A stretch of DNA of 64,000 bases from a virus (lineage: Duplodnaviria > Caudoviricetes): positions 434 through 64,433 of IMG/VR virus record IMGVR_UViG_3300042483_000317; one strand, 5' to 3'. Positions 20,701 through 31,281 of the stretch are shown here, piece after piece. Positions within the stretch are counted from its first letter, which is position 1. The number at the start of each line of letters is the position of its first letter. Below the pieces are notes generated by a model. That model was not told where the DNA came from. It made no database searches and saw only the letters and a program-made list of their open reading frames with translations. Position numbers and translations under genes: made by a program.

Positions 20701-23080
20701 AATGAAAATTAGTAGTTTGAGTTGGTGGATTATTATCTGGGTCAAACGTTACTTTTATTCTATTAACTCCACCACCGGGATTTGAACCAGGACTATTATC
20801 GAAATATTTAGCTTTTGTATTAAATAAATTTATTCTTTCCGCTAAACTTAAATTGGATGAAAATATATGGTCATTTTCTTGATTATCACTAGTCGCATAG
20901 GTAATTGTATTAACTCCCGGAACACCAACACTATTATCACTATTTCCCGCAGGTAATGTACCTGAAAAAGTTGTCGTAACCGCATTTTTTACCGAAGCAT
21001 CAACAGAATTACCCGGAATTTTAAATATTGCCCCACCAACCCCTAATATAGACAATGTTGATGATAAAACGTTAGTCGAGTCTGGGTCAAGATATATATA
21101 AGGACAAGGTACTTCTTCAGCAGTATCTGTTCCAACATCTGAAACTGATGTTGATGCCTCTTCACTTATCGTACCTGAAGTACTAGGAGTTTCACCAACT
21201 TGACAATCACATAAATCACAATCAGGGTAAGTTAATAAAGGTAATGAAACCCCTTTTAACTCCATTTTCCATAATTCCCTTAAAATATATCCAAGAGCCA
21301 CAAGAAGTAATGCGTAAAGAACAAGTTGAAGAGAATAACCAATTATTAAACCTAACGCATACGGTACAGTTCCCGCAATTAAAACTATGGTATTTATAAT
21401 TTGAACTATATAATAAAGTATTAAGGCGGGTATAATTAATATCCTAAGCAACATTATAGTAAAATACAGTAAGTGCAAAGTTATTAACAATCCATACAGT
21501 ACGGGTCTAAAAACCATCATTAAAAATGAGTATAAGATGTAAATTATATCAAATCTCATATTAGAATCGTTTGTTGGAAATTTGTTATTCTCACTATTAC
21601 AACTATCGTCTAAAATATTTTTAATACCAATAAATCTATCAGGAGTCACACCTTTTCGATATTTATCAAGTAATTGAGATACAGTATAAACTTTATTGTA
21701 TTGCATAACATAAAATTTATCATCACAATCAATCGCTTCTTGAATCATTTGACGACCTATTTGAGCACCAGTACTATTAGATGTTCCAGTATAACCATAA
21801 TCCGCCCAATCTAAACTAAACGCGTATGATTTCATAGCCAAATCATATGGTGAATTTAGAGCCCTATTAGAGGATTCTAATGGGTCTGTTCCACTACTAG
21901 TCCACCCATGTTCTCTAACATTTGGTACTATAAAATAACCTCTTTTAATTTGTTCAGATAATGATGGAGATTGGTCCCATTTTACTTTAAAACGACATTT
22001 GGCTCTAGTTGGAATACCTTTTTTAGGGTCATTGGATATTACTTGTTCACCAAATTCATTTGTTATATAATAATCCAAATTCATTGGGATATCAACTAAC
22101 CATGTACCATTCTCGTCAATAACTTTCCCCCCCTCATCTAAATCAAAAGATTCTAATATTGGTCTACCATATGTGTCCTGAAATATTGTTTGTCGTATAC
22201 CTAAAATTTCACCCGGACCCGCAGTTAAACTACATTGATAACCCGCATTACCTCTAACCTTACATGATTTTTTTAAAGCGTCTTCCTCAATTGTCGAAAC
22301 TAAAGACCCCATAAAAATGGCGGTAGGATTAATATCAATCCCTGCCTCAGATGATAAATCAAAGTCAGTTCTTGTTATACCTAAATTACATATTTGAGGT
22401 TGTCCCCATAAAGGTTCAACTTCAACAGTTCTGTTAATAGTGACAATTTGAGGTAAACTTCTTAAATTGGTCGATGATTTAAATGATACCCCCGCAACTT
22501 GAGATGGTGTTGCGATACCCATTCTTATTAAATCTTGCGGTGATAATGAAAATTCCCCAATGTCTGATAAGTCAATATCAACAACTATTGTTTGACTACC
22601 GGTTGGTAATCCAAATATCATATAATCACCACTTGTATTGGTTACGGTAGAAAATTTATAATACTTGTCATAAACTTCAATTAATGTTGGGTCAACTAAA
22701 ACATCTTTTCTATCAAAGAAAGTGCCTGTTGGTATATGTCCACTATGAGATTGTTTATAAGGAAGTAGGTTATAACGATACCCATCATCATTAAGGTCGG
22801 AAAGTGATTTATAAGGGTATAATTCAGAAATAACAGGGTCTAACTCGTCAGTACTATCTAACGGGACAAATATCGAAACTTTTGCATTTGGAATACCAAA
22901 ACCATTATTAACACTTACTCTACCAACAAGAACTCCATAGTCAGAGCATTGTCTAGTGTATATTTGACTTTGTAATATTTTTAGAGATAATATTTCTAAA
23001 TACTCAAATTCTTGGTCTATCAAGACGTTAAGTGATTTGTCAACACCAGGCTCCGTTCTTATTCTAAATGAATTGGACAT
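17774..23080 (-). CDS. Large tail-associated protein with an N-terminal carboxypeptidase-regulatory-like beta-sandwich and a ~95-aa hydrophobic segment
   Basis: GRVSVNNGFGIPNAKVSIF...TNTSGDYMIFGLPTG; hydrophobic stretch encoded at about 21270-21555. Confidence 0.55.
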   Translation of the reverse strand: MSNSFRIRTEPGVDKSLNVLIDQEFEYLEILSLKILQSQIYTRQCSDYGVLVGRVSVNNGFGIPNAKVSIFVPLDSTDELDPVISELYPYKSLSDLNDDGYRYNLLPYKQSHSGHIPTGTFFDRKDVLVDPTLIEVYDKYYKFSTVTNTSGDYMIFGLPTGSQTIVVDIDLSDIGEFSLSPQDLIRMGIATPSQVAGVSFKSSTNLRSLPQIVTINRTVEVEPLWGQPQICNLGITRTDFDLSSEAGIDINPTAIFMGSLVSTIEEDALKKSCKVRGNAGYQCSLTAGPGEILGIRQTIFQDTYGRPILESFDLDEGGKVIDENGTWLVDIPMNLDYYITNEFGEQVISNDPKKGIPTRAKCRFKVKWDQSPSLSEQIKRGYFIVPNVREHGWTSSGTDPLESSNRALNSPYDLAMKSYAFSLDWADYGYTGTSNSTGAQIGRQMIQEAIDCDDKFYVMQYNKVYTVSQLLDKYRKGVTPDRFIGIKNILDDSCNSENNKFPTNDSNMRFDIIYILYSFLMMVFRPVLYGLLITLHLLYFTIMLLRILIIPALILYYIVQIINTIVLIAGTVPYALGLIIGYSLQLVLYALLLVALGYILRELWKMELKGVSLPLLTYPDCDLCDCQVGETPSTSGTISEEASTSVSDVGTDTAEEVPCPYIYLDPDSTNVLSSTLSILGVGGAIFKIPGNSVDASVKNAVTTTFSGTLPAGNSDNSVGVPGVNTITYATSDNQENDHIFSSNLSLAERINLFNTKAKYFDNSPGSNPGGGVNRIKVTFDPDNNPPTQTTNFHYDNTIVILCEKSSLSSLTIGQIITFQDPILNKDINLISGVTNSYGNRAITGFTSTGMTSVSFNYASPNIGGSPVPVNYNVMLTGSTQISGTTGGYNDYYKFPIDLEYFQVITGMTYSEFSGHCGTMIPNSLNQRFLYNDMFIQRWYGGPGLTAGPWGGPYTKDSSQQFPIFKKPLVYLKDPDQQCVLILNRGVDPNVPRVKIRYDLNILFGKTLGTDPSLIIEGNYKMNYPIQGSFKNVSHDMANISSNLSTDTYSGEKLYFDTFDFFPNIGASGFTSFTSSLFSYYSKLDNTQLTYTPNCPAPPNGLEAPLPVSNGAQSNSTFGLKVITQNGFTKEWSNNSAQPINFPCGSFPFPACIYGGYYLPASNGNGSNVNLNRGYYVGEIVEGGSLMYMVFSVNPPATYNGFTWDGNYYAPIYNTTGNTLTYNLTSGANSRKMVMRSDRLPTSTNVQQNCCNGFALQHNESFAMYDIPDEGLVGLDTATTAASTGGGGGAADFKVEGTNFTSSIIDSFSCAGSVPLECYGDDGQGNMTISHGSCEEFEGETIFKGGCYIVVTTVFISLLEDFQLLTEWISRSSINLGACRNVWSHIFANNWINGTLYAYSFHNDVTYSSPFGNQPNQPNSEFCTDTLVLHTTNNFYYRSSPYKDSNGTFIGKDRPSSSSFSNAQGDNFNYLLTPTTLMDLGPRSAYLQELVMSDAYDGYVVNRLATTTYGNVTEILNLLIISRLINKSFIDQMLQFLVGSNITAYFTRVKYKVDGDYAQLISINSELGVAPFESANYPDSPPGIQNPIYWNGFNSDSSVIGIFFSSDTQTRDFITPKRTIVDDDVPANVTCAFSYFDVFSQQVPFYQWEISDYQSIFGDEKNGWYTDPIDNGGFLSSKYQSMDRIETVSRYFRGTAINSSKNKYYKGYIYAVNANGDIDESISNWDKNNPKEQTVTVGAPFYFYFGLKKGASAFDRFTTKWIDTTTFIN

Positions 23081-23148
23081 AATAATCTTTTTTAATAAAT
23101 AGTTTATATACTATTTTCAAAAGATAATTAATAATTTTTAAAAATAAA

Positions 23149-24075
23149 TTATGGTTTGTAGTTATATTTTTTTACAAAATCAATAGGGTTGGTATCTTTA
23201 TTTAGATAATCATTGATTATGTTGATAACATATTTGGGAATAGTATTGTCAATTGAAGTGTGAGTTGTTTTAGGAATATTAACATTAATAATTTTAGTTT
23301 TTTTGTTACCTTTATATAAAGACACTTTTCCTCCGGAATTAGTGAAAAAAATCATATTATCCGACCATCTAACCGACATGAAGTTTATTGCATAATCAAC
23401 ATTATCCTTAATCTGATAATCATAATCATTATATAGTTGATTTGCACTGTCTAACGATATTGTTAAATCAACTTTAATTTTTTCTTTGTTCAGATTGTCT
23501 AATACTTGACACATATTAAATCCACCAATGCTATGTCCAATTATTACAACTTTACCATTTGGATTAAATAATCTAAAATATTTCACTGTTTTAAAAACTT
23601 CTTCAGGCGTTAAATTATAATTATTTGTGCCAATATATGTGATGACACTATTTTTATTAGTCTCAACTTTACTTTCAATTAAACCTAACCCATTTAAATC
23701 CCTTGATTGTGTTATATCAATTTGAACCTCATTAGTTCCTACCACATCATCAAATGGACTTACGGACCCTTCAATGACTATTACTAAATTTTTGGTATTT
23801 TTATTAAAATAATCTTGAGGATATTGAATTACTTCTAATTTTCTTCGTTCTTGAAATTTGTTAAAATCAGTCGCAACAAAAGACGCAAATATTAAAAATA
23901 AAAAAATTTGAAATTTTGTTATTTTTTTAGTTTCCTTAATTTGATTAAAAAAAATTAAAATAAAGATAAACGAACATATTAATCTAAAATTAACATATGC
24001 TCCTGCCACAAACCATTGTGCCCAAGTTCCGTTATATCCTTTAATGAACGTTAAAATATCTGAAATATAATCCAT
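23149..24075 (-). CDS. Membrane-anchored alpha/beta hydrolase (lipase/esterase-like)
   Basis: Nucleophile elbow VIIGHSIGG; candidate Asp in SLDSA and His in THTSID; two N-terminal hydrophobic helices. Confidence 0.7.
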   Translation of the reverse strand: MDYISDILTFIKGYNGTWAQWFVAGAYVNFRLICSFIFILIFFNQIKETKKITKFQIFLFLIFASFVATDFNKFQERRKLEVIQYPQDYFNKNTKNLVIVIEGSVSPFDDVVGTNEVQIDITQSRDLNGLGLIESKVETNKNSVITYIGTNNYNLTPEEVFKTVKYFRLFNPNGKVVIIGHSIGGFNMCQVLDNLNKEKIKVDLTISLDSANQLYNDYDYQIKDNVDYAINFMSVRWSDNMIFFTNSGGKVSLYKGNKKTKIINVNIPKTTHTSIDNTIPKYVINIINDYLNKDTNPIDFVKKYNYKP

Positions 24076-24106
24076 TCATTAAAAATAGAATGATTCAGTT
24101 AAATTA

Positions 24107-25945
24107 TCAAGAGAAATTAACTGTTTTAATATTTTTAACTCGAACGTTAATATCTTTGTTTGGATATCTAATTTGATACACTTGTCTTGGTTCCGCAAAA
24201 ATAGTGTCATCAACTAGTTCAATTTGTTTAGTTGCCGAATCAAGATATCTTTGAGATGTTTGAGAAGAAGAGTATTGACCACCAACTTTATTAAAAAATG
24301 TCATATCTGAAACTGAAATTACCCCATTTTCACTTTGAACTAATCTTCTTAATTCAGAAACATTAACATTCTCTCCCATTTCTTGGTTCGTTGGGTCAAA
24401 ATAGTCAGTTATTATATTAATTACTTGAGAAATGATTGAACCTTGATTTTGTGAATTATCTAACACAACATCAACATTTATTGCTAAATCAATAACATTA
24501 GCACTTTCAATTGAAACATAATCATTAATCATACGATAATTTGAGAGATAATTGGCAACATTATTTTTTAATGTATTAGAAACTATTTCAGTTAATCGAC
24601 CTGTTTCATCATAAGATAACATTTGAACTTTAATCTTATTATTCTCTTCTGTTATCGCAACTTTTGCCGGTGCACCAAATTGAGATGGCATTGTTCTTAT
24701 AATAGATTCATAATCATTTATTGTAACGGCTCTATTTTGAGCAGTAAAGTTATATGAAACTAAATTTCTAACTTCTTCGGTTGTTGGGTAATTAGCCCCA
24801 CCAATTGCCGCGGTAACATTATTACATCTTAATGAGTTAACCACCGTTGTGTTAACAGATGCTGACGGACCGTTAACAAAAAATGAAACTGTACCTATTT
24901 GAGTTATTACCCCAACCCCTAAATTACTTCCTGTCCCACCACCAATTCTGTATTGAACAAATAGGGTCGTATTAGGTTTTAAAGTACTACCTAATGCAAA
25001 GTTATTAGAATATTTATACAAATTTAATGGTTTACCATCTCGAGCAAATTCTCGTAATTGTTCATCAGCCGATTGAGTACCTCCACCAAAAGTCATTTTA
25101 AAGAAACCTTCAGGGGTAAATTCAGTTATAAATTTAGTTGCCGTGGCCACATATCTACCAACTTTAATACCCGGATTATCCGAAACTTTTGTTGGGTCTT
25201 CAATAAAAACTCTATCTTGAGCCAACGCTTGAACTTCTAACCATCGGTTATCAACACCTAAAAATTCTTGATTTGAAGGTACGTTCGCATATTGTGTCCC
25301 ATCTTTTAGTAATACACTAGTTACACCTAAAACAGTTTTTTCAGGTAAAAATAATTCAAAGAATGGTTTTACATCATTTGCTGTAATAACTCTTTTAAAA
25401 ACTTTGGTAATACCATTAACAACAGTTTCTCGTTTAGTAATTGTATAATTTAATAATTTGTTATTAGAATCAAAATTTGGTATTTTTAATCTATTTGGAA
25501 ATCCTTCAGCATTTGAAGGCGATGAAAAATCAATATCATAAACTGTTTCAAATACTTGACCTGCACCATTTACTTGAGAACCTCTACGTAATATACCACA
25601 ATATCTTAAATCTTCCTTATCCCCATAAGCAGGTACTGTTATTGAAAAATCAACTAACGCTACTGATGGTCTTTGACCCGGAACTTTTAATCCATAAGTC
25701 TTTGCAATATTAAAAACTGATGACCTTTGTTGAGCGTATTGTAAAACAGTTTCTTGAATACTTCTATCAATATTAAATTGAAGGTTATCCGTAACCGCAG
25801 CGTTTAGGTCTAATAATACAGAGAACACACTCGCATCATTAAAGTTATCAATTAATTCAGGATAATAAGTTCTTGTAAAGTTTATTAACTCAGTTCTAAT
25901 TGATTGGAAATCTCTCGTAGTATACGATATTTTTTTATTTGCCAT
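24107..25945 (-). CDS. Baseplate wedge protein (T4 gp6 / baseplate J-like)
   Basis: DFQSIRTELINF, YRIGGG..N and QNRAVTINDYE motifs; adjacent to gp25. Confidence 0.85.
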   Translation of the reverse strand: MANKKISYTTRDFQSIRTELINFTRTYYPELIDNFNDASVFSVLLDLNAAVTDNLQFNIDRSIQETVLQYAQQRSSVFNIAKTYGLKVPGQRPSVALVDFSITVPAYGDKEDLRYCGILRRGSQVNGAGQVFETVYDIDFSSPSNAEGFPNRLKIPNFDSNNKLLNYTITKRETVVNGITKVFKRVITANDVKPFFELFLPEKTVLGVTSVLLKDGTQYANVPSNQEFLGVDNRWLEVQALAQDRVFIEDPTKVSDNPGIKVGRYVATATKFITEFTPEGFFKMTFGGGTQSADEQLREFARDGKPLNLYKYSNNFALGSTLKPNTTLFVQYRIGGGTGSNLGVGVITQIGTVSFFVNGPSASVNTTVVNSLRCNNVTAAIGGANYPTTEEVRNLVSYNFTAQNRAVTINDYESIIRTMPSQFGAPAKVAITEENNKIKVQMLSYDETGRLTEIVSNTLKNNVANYLSNYRMINDYVSIESANVIDLAINVDVVLDNSQNQGSIISQVINIITDYFDPTNQEMGENVNVSELRRLVQSENGVISVSDMTFFNKVGGQYSSSQTSQRYLDSATKQIELVDDTIFAEPRQVYQIRYPNKDINVRVKNIKTVNFS

Positions 25946-25950
25946 ATTCT

Positions 25951-26409
25951 TTAAATATTTAGGATTACAAAATCACTAGCGTTAAACACATCGTTATTTA
26001 TTTGATAATCTATTTTTACTTTTGCAGTATGTTCTTTAGTACCAATCCCCGGTACTCTAAAAACACGAGTATCATATTGGTCAACATAAGTACCTTTATC
26101 TTCTTCACCATCGGAAGCCGCTGTAATACTTATATTTTTTATTGTTATTCCCGGTATATATTCTTCAACCGCGTCTCTAATTTCAGCATCAATGTCCGAA
26201 AATGTCGGTCCATCTAATGGTTCAAATATAAATTCATACAACCTTGTTCCAAAATCAGGTAAAAAATATCTTGTACCTTTTCTAGTTAATAATAAATGTA
26301 TTAAATCCGTTCTTGTTTCTTGAGTACTATCCGTAGAAAGGTCTAAATACTTCCCATCATAAGAATCCCTAAAAGGGAAATTAATACCATATGTTTTTCC
26401 ATCTGCCAT
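25951..26409 (-). CDS. Baseplate gp25/gpW-like sheath-initiation protein
   Basis: LLLTRKGTRYFLPDFGTRLYEFIFEP. Confidence 0.9.
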   Translation of the reverse strand: MADGKTYGINFPFRDSYDGKYLDLSTDSTQETRTDLIHLLLTRKGTRYFLPDFGTRLYEFIFEPLDGPTFSDIDAEIRDAVEEYIPGITIKNISITAASDGEEDKGTYVDQYDTRVFRVPGIGTKEHTAKVKIDYQINNDVFNASDFVILNI

Positions 26410-26412
26410 ATC

Positions 26413-26447
26413 TATAAATATAGTGTCGTAATTATTTTTTATAAATA
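26413..26447 (-). promoter_or_regulatory. Two tandem TATTTATA late-promoter motifs
   Basis: tataaata on the + strand at 26413-26420 and 26440-26447, between the nrdA terminator and the gp25 start. Confidence 0.55.
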
Positions 26448-26452
26448 CCCTT

Positions 26453-26485
26453 AAAATAAAAAATCACGACCTTAAGTCGTGATTT
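26453..26485 (-). terminator. Intrinsic terminator after nrdA
   Basis: Stem aaatcacgac/gtcgtgattt with a U-rich tail on the minus strand. Confidence 0.8.
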
Positions 26486-26494
26486 ATATTCTTA

Positions 26495-28909
26495 TTAAGA
26501 ACCACACCCAAAACACTCAAATTCCGTGTCTGTTGGTTTTGAAGTTAGTTCAACTGTTGGTTTCTCAATTTGTTTTGGTTGACCTACTTTTGAAATGTCC
26601 ACCGCCAAGTGTTTAGCTCCGGTTGATATCGCCTTTGTTCTAACATAATAACAAAGAGTTTTCAATCCTTTACCCCACGAATGGAAGTGTGATGATGAAA
26701 TCTTTGATAATGTTGGATTGGACATATAGATATTCATTGATTGTGATTGGTCAATGAATGGTGCTCTGTCAGCAGCCATATCAATTAATTCTCTTTGAGA
26801 TATTTCCCAAATTGTTTTGTATTTTGGAATTAAATGCTCAATTCTTTTAACTTTCTTGTTGTAATTTTTATCTTCTTGGTCAAGATAATTATTAAAGTTA
26901 ATGTTTTGAATTGACCCTTCATTCATAATGATTTCATTTTTTAAATCTTCAGACCAAATACCTATTTTCTCAAAATCACTAATTAAGTATTTGTTAACAA
27001 TTAGAATTTCACCCCCAACTACACGACGATTAAATAATGCCGAGTGAGCCGGTTCTGTCATTTCAAATGAACCTGTAATCTTAGCGGAAGACGCAACTGG
27101 CATCTGAGCCGTGAATAACGAATTACAAACCCCGTGATTGGACACTTCTAACTTAAGTGAGTCCCAGTCCCACATTCTACCTAATCCTTCATAATCTAAT
27201 CCCCACATATCAAATTGGAATATACCTTTTGACATTGGTGAACCTTTAAAGAATTTGTATGGTTTGTATTCCCCTGATTTACATAATTCCATACTCTCTG
27301 TGATTGCAGCAAAGTAGATTGTTTCAAATATTTCTTTGTTTAATTGTTTTGCCTCTTCAGATGTGAAGATATAATCCATTAAGAAGAATACGTCAGCAAG
27401 ACCTTGTGTTCCAATCGCAATTGCTCTTTGTTCTAAACCACCTTTTCTACCTTGTTCAGTTGAATAACTATTAATGTCTACAACTTTGTTAAGTGCTCTA
27501 ACAACCTTTCTAACTTCACTATAAAGTAATTTGAAGTCAAACTCTCCTTTAACAATAAAGTTCTTCAATACCATAGATGATAATGTACAGATTGCTGTAG
27601 TGGTTTCATCAGTATATTGGTAAATCTCATTACATAGGTTAGATTGTTTAATCACTCCAATGTTTTGATGATTTGTCTTTCTGTTAGCACTATCTTTAGA
27701 ACATAAGTAAGGAACTCCTGTTTCAACTTGAGATTCAATAATTTTATTCCAAATTGTTTGAGCTTTAACTTTTTTACCTAAACCAAGTTCAACTGCTTTA
27801 TTGTAGTTTGCTTCATACTCATCACCATACGCTTCTTGTAATGGTTTGATACCTGCTTTGATAATGTCGTTTGGACAGAATAGATACCAATCACTATTGT
27901 TCTTAACCGCATTCATAAAGTTATCCGGTAACCAAATTGAGGTAAACAAATCTTTTGCCCTCAATTCCTCAGCACCCGTATTCTTTTTGATTTCAAGTAA
28001 GTCCATAATGTCTTTATGCCAAGGTTCAATATAGATAGCCGCACTACCAGGTCTTCTTCCTTGTTGGTTGAAAAATCTTAATCCTTCATTAACAATCTTT
28101 AGGTATTTCAATAAACCACCCGCAAACCCACCTGATGAATTAATACGGCTTTCTTTACTACGAATGTTAGACATACATAATCCAATACCAGCTGCGTCAG
28201 ACGAATACGTTGAAATGTCGTTGAATGTTTGTAATAAACCTTCTCTTGAGTCTCCATTATTGTATTTTAATACACAAGATGCTAGTTGAGGTGTTTTAGT
28301 TCCCGCGTTAATCATAATTGGTGTCGCAGGAGATATAACTTGATTTGATAATGATTGATAATACTCAACCGCCTCTTCAAATGATTTAGTCACCCATAAA
28401 GCCACTCTCATATACATATGTTGAGGTCTTTCAATTACTCTACCTTCAGGATTTTTTAACAAATACATTTCTTGTAATGATTTCCACGCAAAATAATCAA
28501 AATTGTAATCATTCTCGTGATTTATTACAGAATCAATATTTTCAGTACCATATAGTTCAATAGTCTCCATTAACTTATCGTTAATGATGCCATCAACGTG
28601 TAAGGTGTGCATTGTATTACAGAAACTTTCATCAGTTTCTTTATGATATGCAGAAATAGCAACAGACGATGCTAATCTTGAGTAATCGTGATGACTACCG
28701 GTGTAAGCCGCTGCAATCTCATAAACCAATTTATCCAACTCTTTGGTTGTAATAACACCCTCTGTTGGAACAGAAGTAATCACCTTAATGAATACCTCAT
28801 CAGCATTTACGTTTAACCCTCTTGCCGCTCGTTTAACTCTATTATAAATTTTTTGGGGGTTGAACGAAACTTCGTCTCCCCCTCTTTTTCTTATCTTTAG
28901 TGACATCAT
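26495..28909 (-). CDS. nrdA: Ribonucleotide reductase class Ia alpha subunit
   Basis: ATP cone, ERPQH, QLASC, SNLCNEI, LCYY and C-terminal CFGCGS. Confidence 0.97.
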   Translation of the reverse strand: MMSLKIRKRGGDEVSFNPQKIYNRVKRAARGLNVNADEVFIKVITSVPTEGVITTKELDKLVYEIAAAYTGSHHDYSRLASSVAISAYHKETDESFCNTMHTLHVDGIINDKLMETIELYGTENIDSVINHENDYNFDYFAWKSLQEMYLLKNPEGRVIERPQHMYMRVALWVTKSFEEAVEYYQSLSNQVISPATPIMINAGTKTPQLASCVLKYNNGDSREGLLQTFNDISTYSSDAAGIGLCMSNIRSKESRINSSGGFAGGLLKYLKIVNEGLRFFNQQGRRPGSAAIYIEPWHKDIMDLLEIKKNTGAEELRAKDLFTSIWLPDNFMNAVKNNSDWYLFCPNDIIKAGIKPLQEAYGDEYEANYNKAVELGLGKKVKAQTIWNKIIESQVETGVPYLCSKDSANRKTNHQNIGVIKQSNLCNEIYQYTDETTTAICTLSSMVLKNFIVKGEFDFKLLYSEVRKVVRALNKVVDINSYSTEQGRKGGLEQRAIAIGTQGLADVFFLMDYIFTSEEAKQLNKEIFETIYFAAITESMELCKSGEYKPYKFFKGSPMSKGIFQFDMWGLDYEGLGRMWDWDSLKLEVSNHGVCNSLFTAQMPVASSAKITGSFEMTEPAHSALFNRRVVGGEILIVNKYLISDFEKIGIWSEDLKNEIIMNEGSIQNINFNNYLDQEDKNYNKKVKRIEHLIPKYKTIWEISQRELIDMAADRAPFIDQSQSMNIYMSNPTLSKISSSHFHSWGKGLKTLCYYVRTKAISTGAKHLAVDISKVGQPKQIEKPTVELTSKPTDTEFECFGCGS

Positions 28910-28910
28910 A

Positions 28911-29861
28911 TTAAAAATCGTCTGTAAATGTTAATGACTCACCTAACTTGGCCTTTTGATACTCCATTGTTCTTGATTCAAAGAAGTTTCCTTTTGTTTC
29001 AACAGCAATCTGTTCCATAAACTTAAATGGTTGTTCAACATTAAAATGTTTTTTACATCCAAACTTAACTAATAAACCATCAGTAACAAATTCAAGGTAT
29101 TGTTTCATTAAATTTGAGTTCATACCAATTAAAGACACAGGTAATGATTCAGTGATAAATTCTTTTTCAATTTCTAAAGCGGATAGTAAGATTTCTTTAA
29201 TTCTTTTCTCCGTTGGTTTGTTCTCAACGTGATTGTTAATCAAATGAATAGCAAAATCACAATGTAAGTTCTCATCTTTGAAGATTAATGAATTAGCATT
29301 ACATAACCCTTGCATAATTCCTCTTGATTTCATCCAAAAGATTGAACAGAATGAACCTGAGAAAAAGATACCTTCAACGGCAGCAAACGCCACCAATCTT
29401 TCTTGGAAGGAAGAATTCTCAATCCAATCAAGAGCCCATTTAGCTTTCTTTTGAACTGCCGGTAATCTATCAATTGCGTGGAAACATTCGTCTTTCTCTG
29501 TTTCATCAGAAACATAAGTATCAATCAATAATGAATACATTAACGAGTGAATGTTCTCCATCATAATTTGGAATCCGTAGAAGAATTTTGCCTCAGCATA
29601 TTGAACCTCTTTTAAGAAATTCTCAGCCAAGTTTTCATTTACAATACCATCAGACGCCGCGAAGAACGCTAATATATTTTTAAGGAAATATCTTTCATTA
29701 TCAGATAGGTTTTCCCAATCTCTAATATCGTTAGATAAATCTACTTCTTCTGCCGTCCAAAAAGCCGCTTGATGTTGTTTGTAAAATTCCCATATATCAT
29801 TATGTTCAATAGGGAAGATAACGAATCTGTCATTATTTGGTTCTAATATTTTTTCTTTCAT
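28911..29861 (-). CDS. nrdB: Ribonucleotide reductase class Ia beta subunit
   Basis: [40 protein letters not shown] and NFFE. Confidence 0.97.
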   Translation of the reverse strand: MKEKILEPNNDRFVIFPIEHNDIWEFYKQHQAAFWTAEEVDLSNDIRDWENLSDNERYFLKNILAFFAASDGIVNENLAENFLKEVQYAEAKFFYGFQIMMENIHSLMYSLLIDTYVSDETEKDECFHAIDRLPAVQKKAKWALDWIENSSFQERLVAFAAVEGIFFSGSFCSIFWMKSRGIMQGLCNANSLIFKDENLHCDFAIHLINNHVENKPTEKRIKEILLSALEIEKEFITESLPVSLIGMNSNLMKQYLEFVTDGLLVKFGCKKHFNVEQPFKFMEQIAVETKGNFFESRTMEYQKAKLGESLTFTDDF

Positions 29862-29868
29862 TTTTAAA

Positions 29869-31251
29869 TTAATTTTGTGTTTGTTCTTTTTGTTTTCTTT
29901 TGTCTAACAAATCTTTTATTCTTTGTCTGTTTCTTTCTTCGGTTTGTTCTTCTAACCCTAAAAATGTTACAGAACTTTCAGTGTCAATCTCCAACATACC
30001 ATTATCAAACTTACAATTCTCAAAGACAACACCATCATCACCAATACGTGATTTAGTAATTGCAATCGTCGCTAGTTTCATTTCTTTTTGTTGTAGAGAT
30101 TTAGCTACGGAAATGATTACGTGTCCAACCTGTGCTTTTTTGATAGAACCACCCATTTGGTCAGTAGTCACAACATCCGAAGATATTGAACTTCTATTAC
30201 CTTGAGTTGCTGTCCATCCTACCAAGTCAAGTTCGTGACACATAGATTCAAAACCTCTCATCACAGACCCTTCAGATTTCCATTCATCTCCCAAGTTTTT
30301 ATCAGGAACCACACAATCAATGTAGTCCAATAATACCATATCAATTTTGTTTCCTTCAGAAATCATTTTTCTAATTTGATTCTTAATTTGCATCATTGTT
30401 ACGGTGTCAGATGGAAGTTTTTTAAGTATCAATTCATTAGGCATTTTTTCCTTAATTTCTTGAACTTTAATCATTACTTCATCCTTTTTTAAAGACAAAT
30501 CATCCGGGTGGATTTTTGTCCATAATGTAATGTGTTTACGTTGAATAATCTTTGGGTTATCCTCGAAGAATATTTGTAAAACATTATACCCCAAATTAAA
30601 TGCGTGATTCGCAATTTTTGTAAGTAATGTTGATTTACCTACACCTGTTGGGGCTAACACTACACCGATTTCACCTTTAGCAAGGCCACCTTTTAAGAGT
30701 CTATCTATCCCCGGAATACCCATCGGTATCGGATGACGATAATCCTCGTTTAGAACATCGTCTAAATTGCTGAAAACACTTTCAGTCCCCTTATCATGTT
30801 CTCCAACCTGAAGAGCTTTACTCACCATCTCTTCTAATGTGTCATAACTCTCAAATTCACCAGTGTCGATGATTTTTTGAGCTTTAACCATTACTTTCTG
30901 TAACTCCTGTTGTTTACAGAACTTCATTGATTTTTCTTGTACAAATTCAGCTCCTTCAAGCGTAGACTCCTTAACTTTTGTAAGGGTATCAATAATGATT
31001 TTAGCCGCTAGAGGTTGTTGTATCTCAGATTTTGTAATTTGTTCTAATGTGTCAAAGGTTGGTGTGTGTTCGTATTTTGTATAATATTCCTTAATCATTT
31101 GGATGATTAATTTGAAGTATTTATTCTCAAAATAACTTGTTTCAATCACATCTATAATAGACCTTGAGAAATCTTTGTCGATAATGATTTGGTTTAATAA
31201 TTGTATCTGAAAGGTACTACCTAGATACTCGAAATTTTTGTTTGACGCCAT
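29869..31251 (-). CDS. dnaB: Replicative SF4 helicase (DnaB / T4 gp41-like)
   Basis: Walker [22 protein letters not shown] and KSR arginine finger. Confidence 0.9.
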   Translation of the reverse strand: MASNKNFEYLGSTFQIQLLNQIIIDKDFSRSIIDVIETSYFENKYFKLIIQMIKEYYTKYEHTPTFDTLEQITKSEIQQPLAAKIIIDTLTKVKESTLEGAEFVQEKSMKFCKQQELQKVMVKAQKIIDTGEFESYDTLEEMVSKALQVGEHDKGTESVFSNLDDVLNEDYRHPIPMGIPGIDRLLKGGLAKGEIGVVLAPTGVGKSTLLTKIANHAFNLGYNVLQIFFEDNPKIIQRKHITLWTKIHPDDLSLKKDEVMIKVQEIKEKMPNELILKKLPSDTVTMMQIKNQIRKMISEGNKIDMVLLDYIDCVVPDKNLGDEWKSEGSVMRGFESMCHELDLVGWTATQGNRSSISSDVVTTDQMGGSIKKAQVGHVIISVAKSLQQKEMKLATIAITKSRIGDDGVVFENCKFDNGMLEIDTESSVTFLGLEEQTEERNRQRIKDLLDKRKQKEQTQN

Positions 31252-31281
31252 ATGTTTTTTCTTTTAGTGTAATAATAAATA

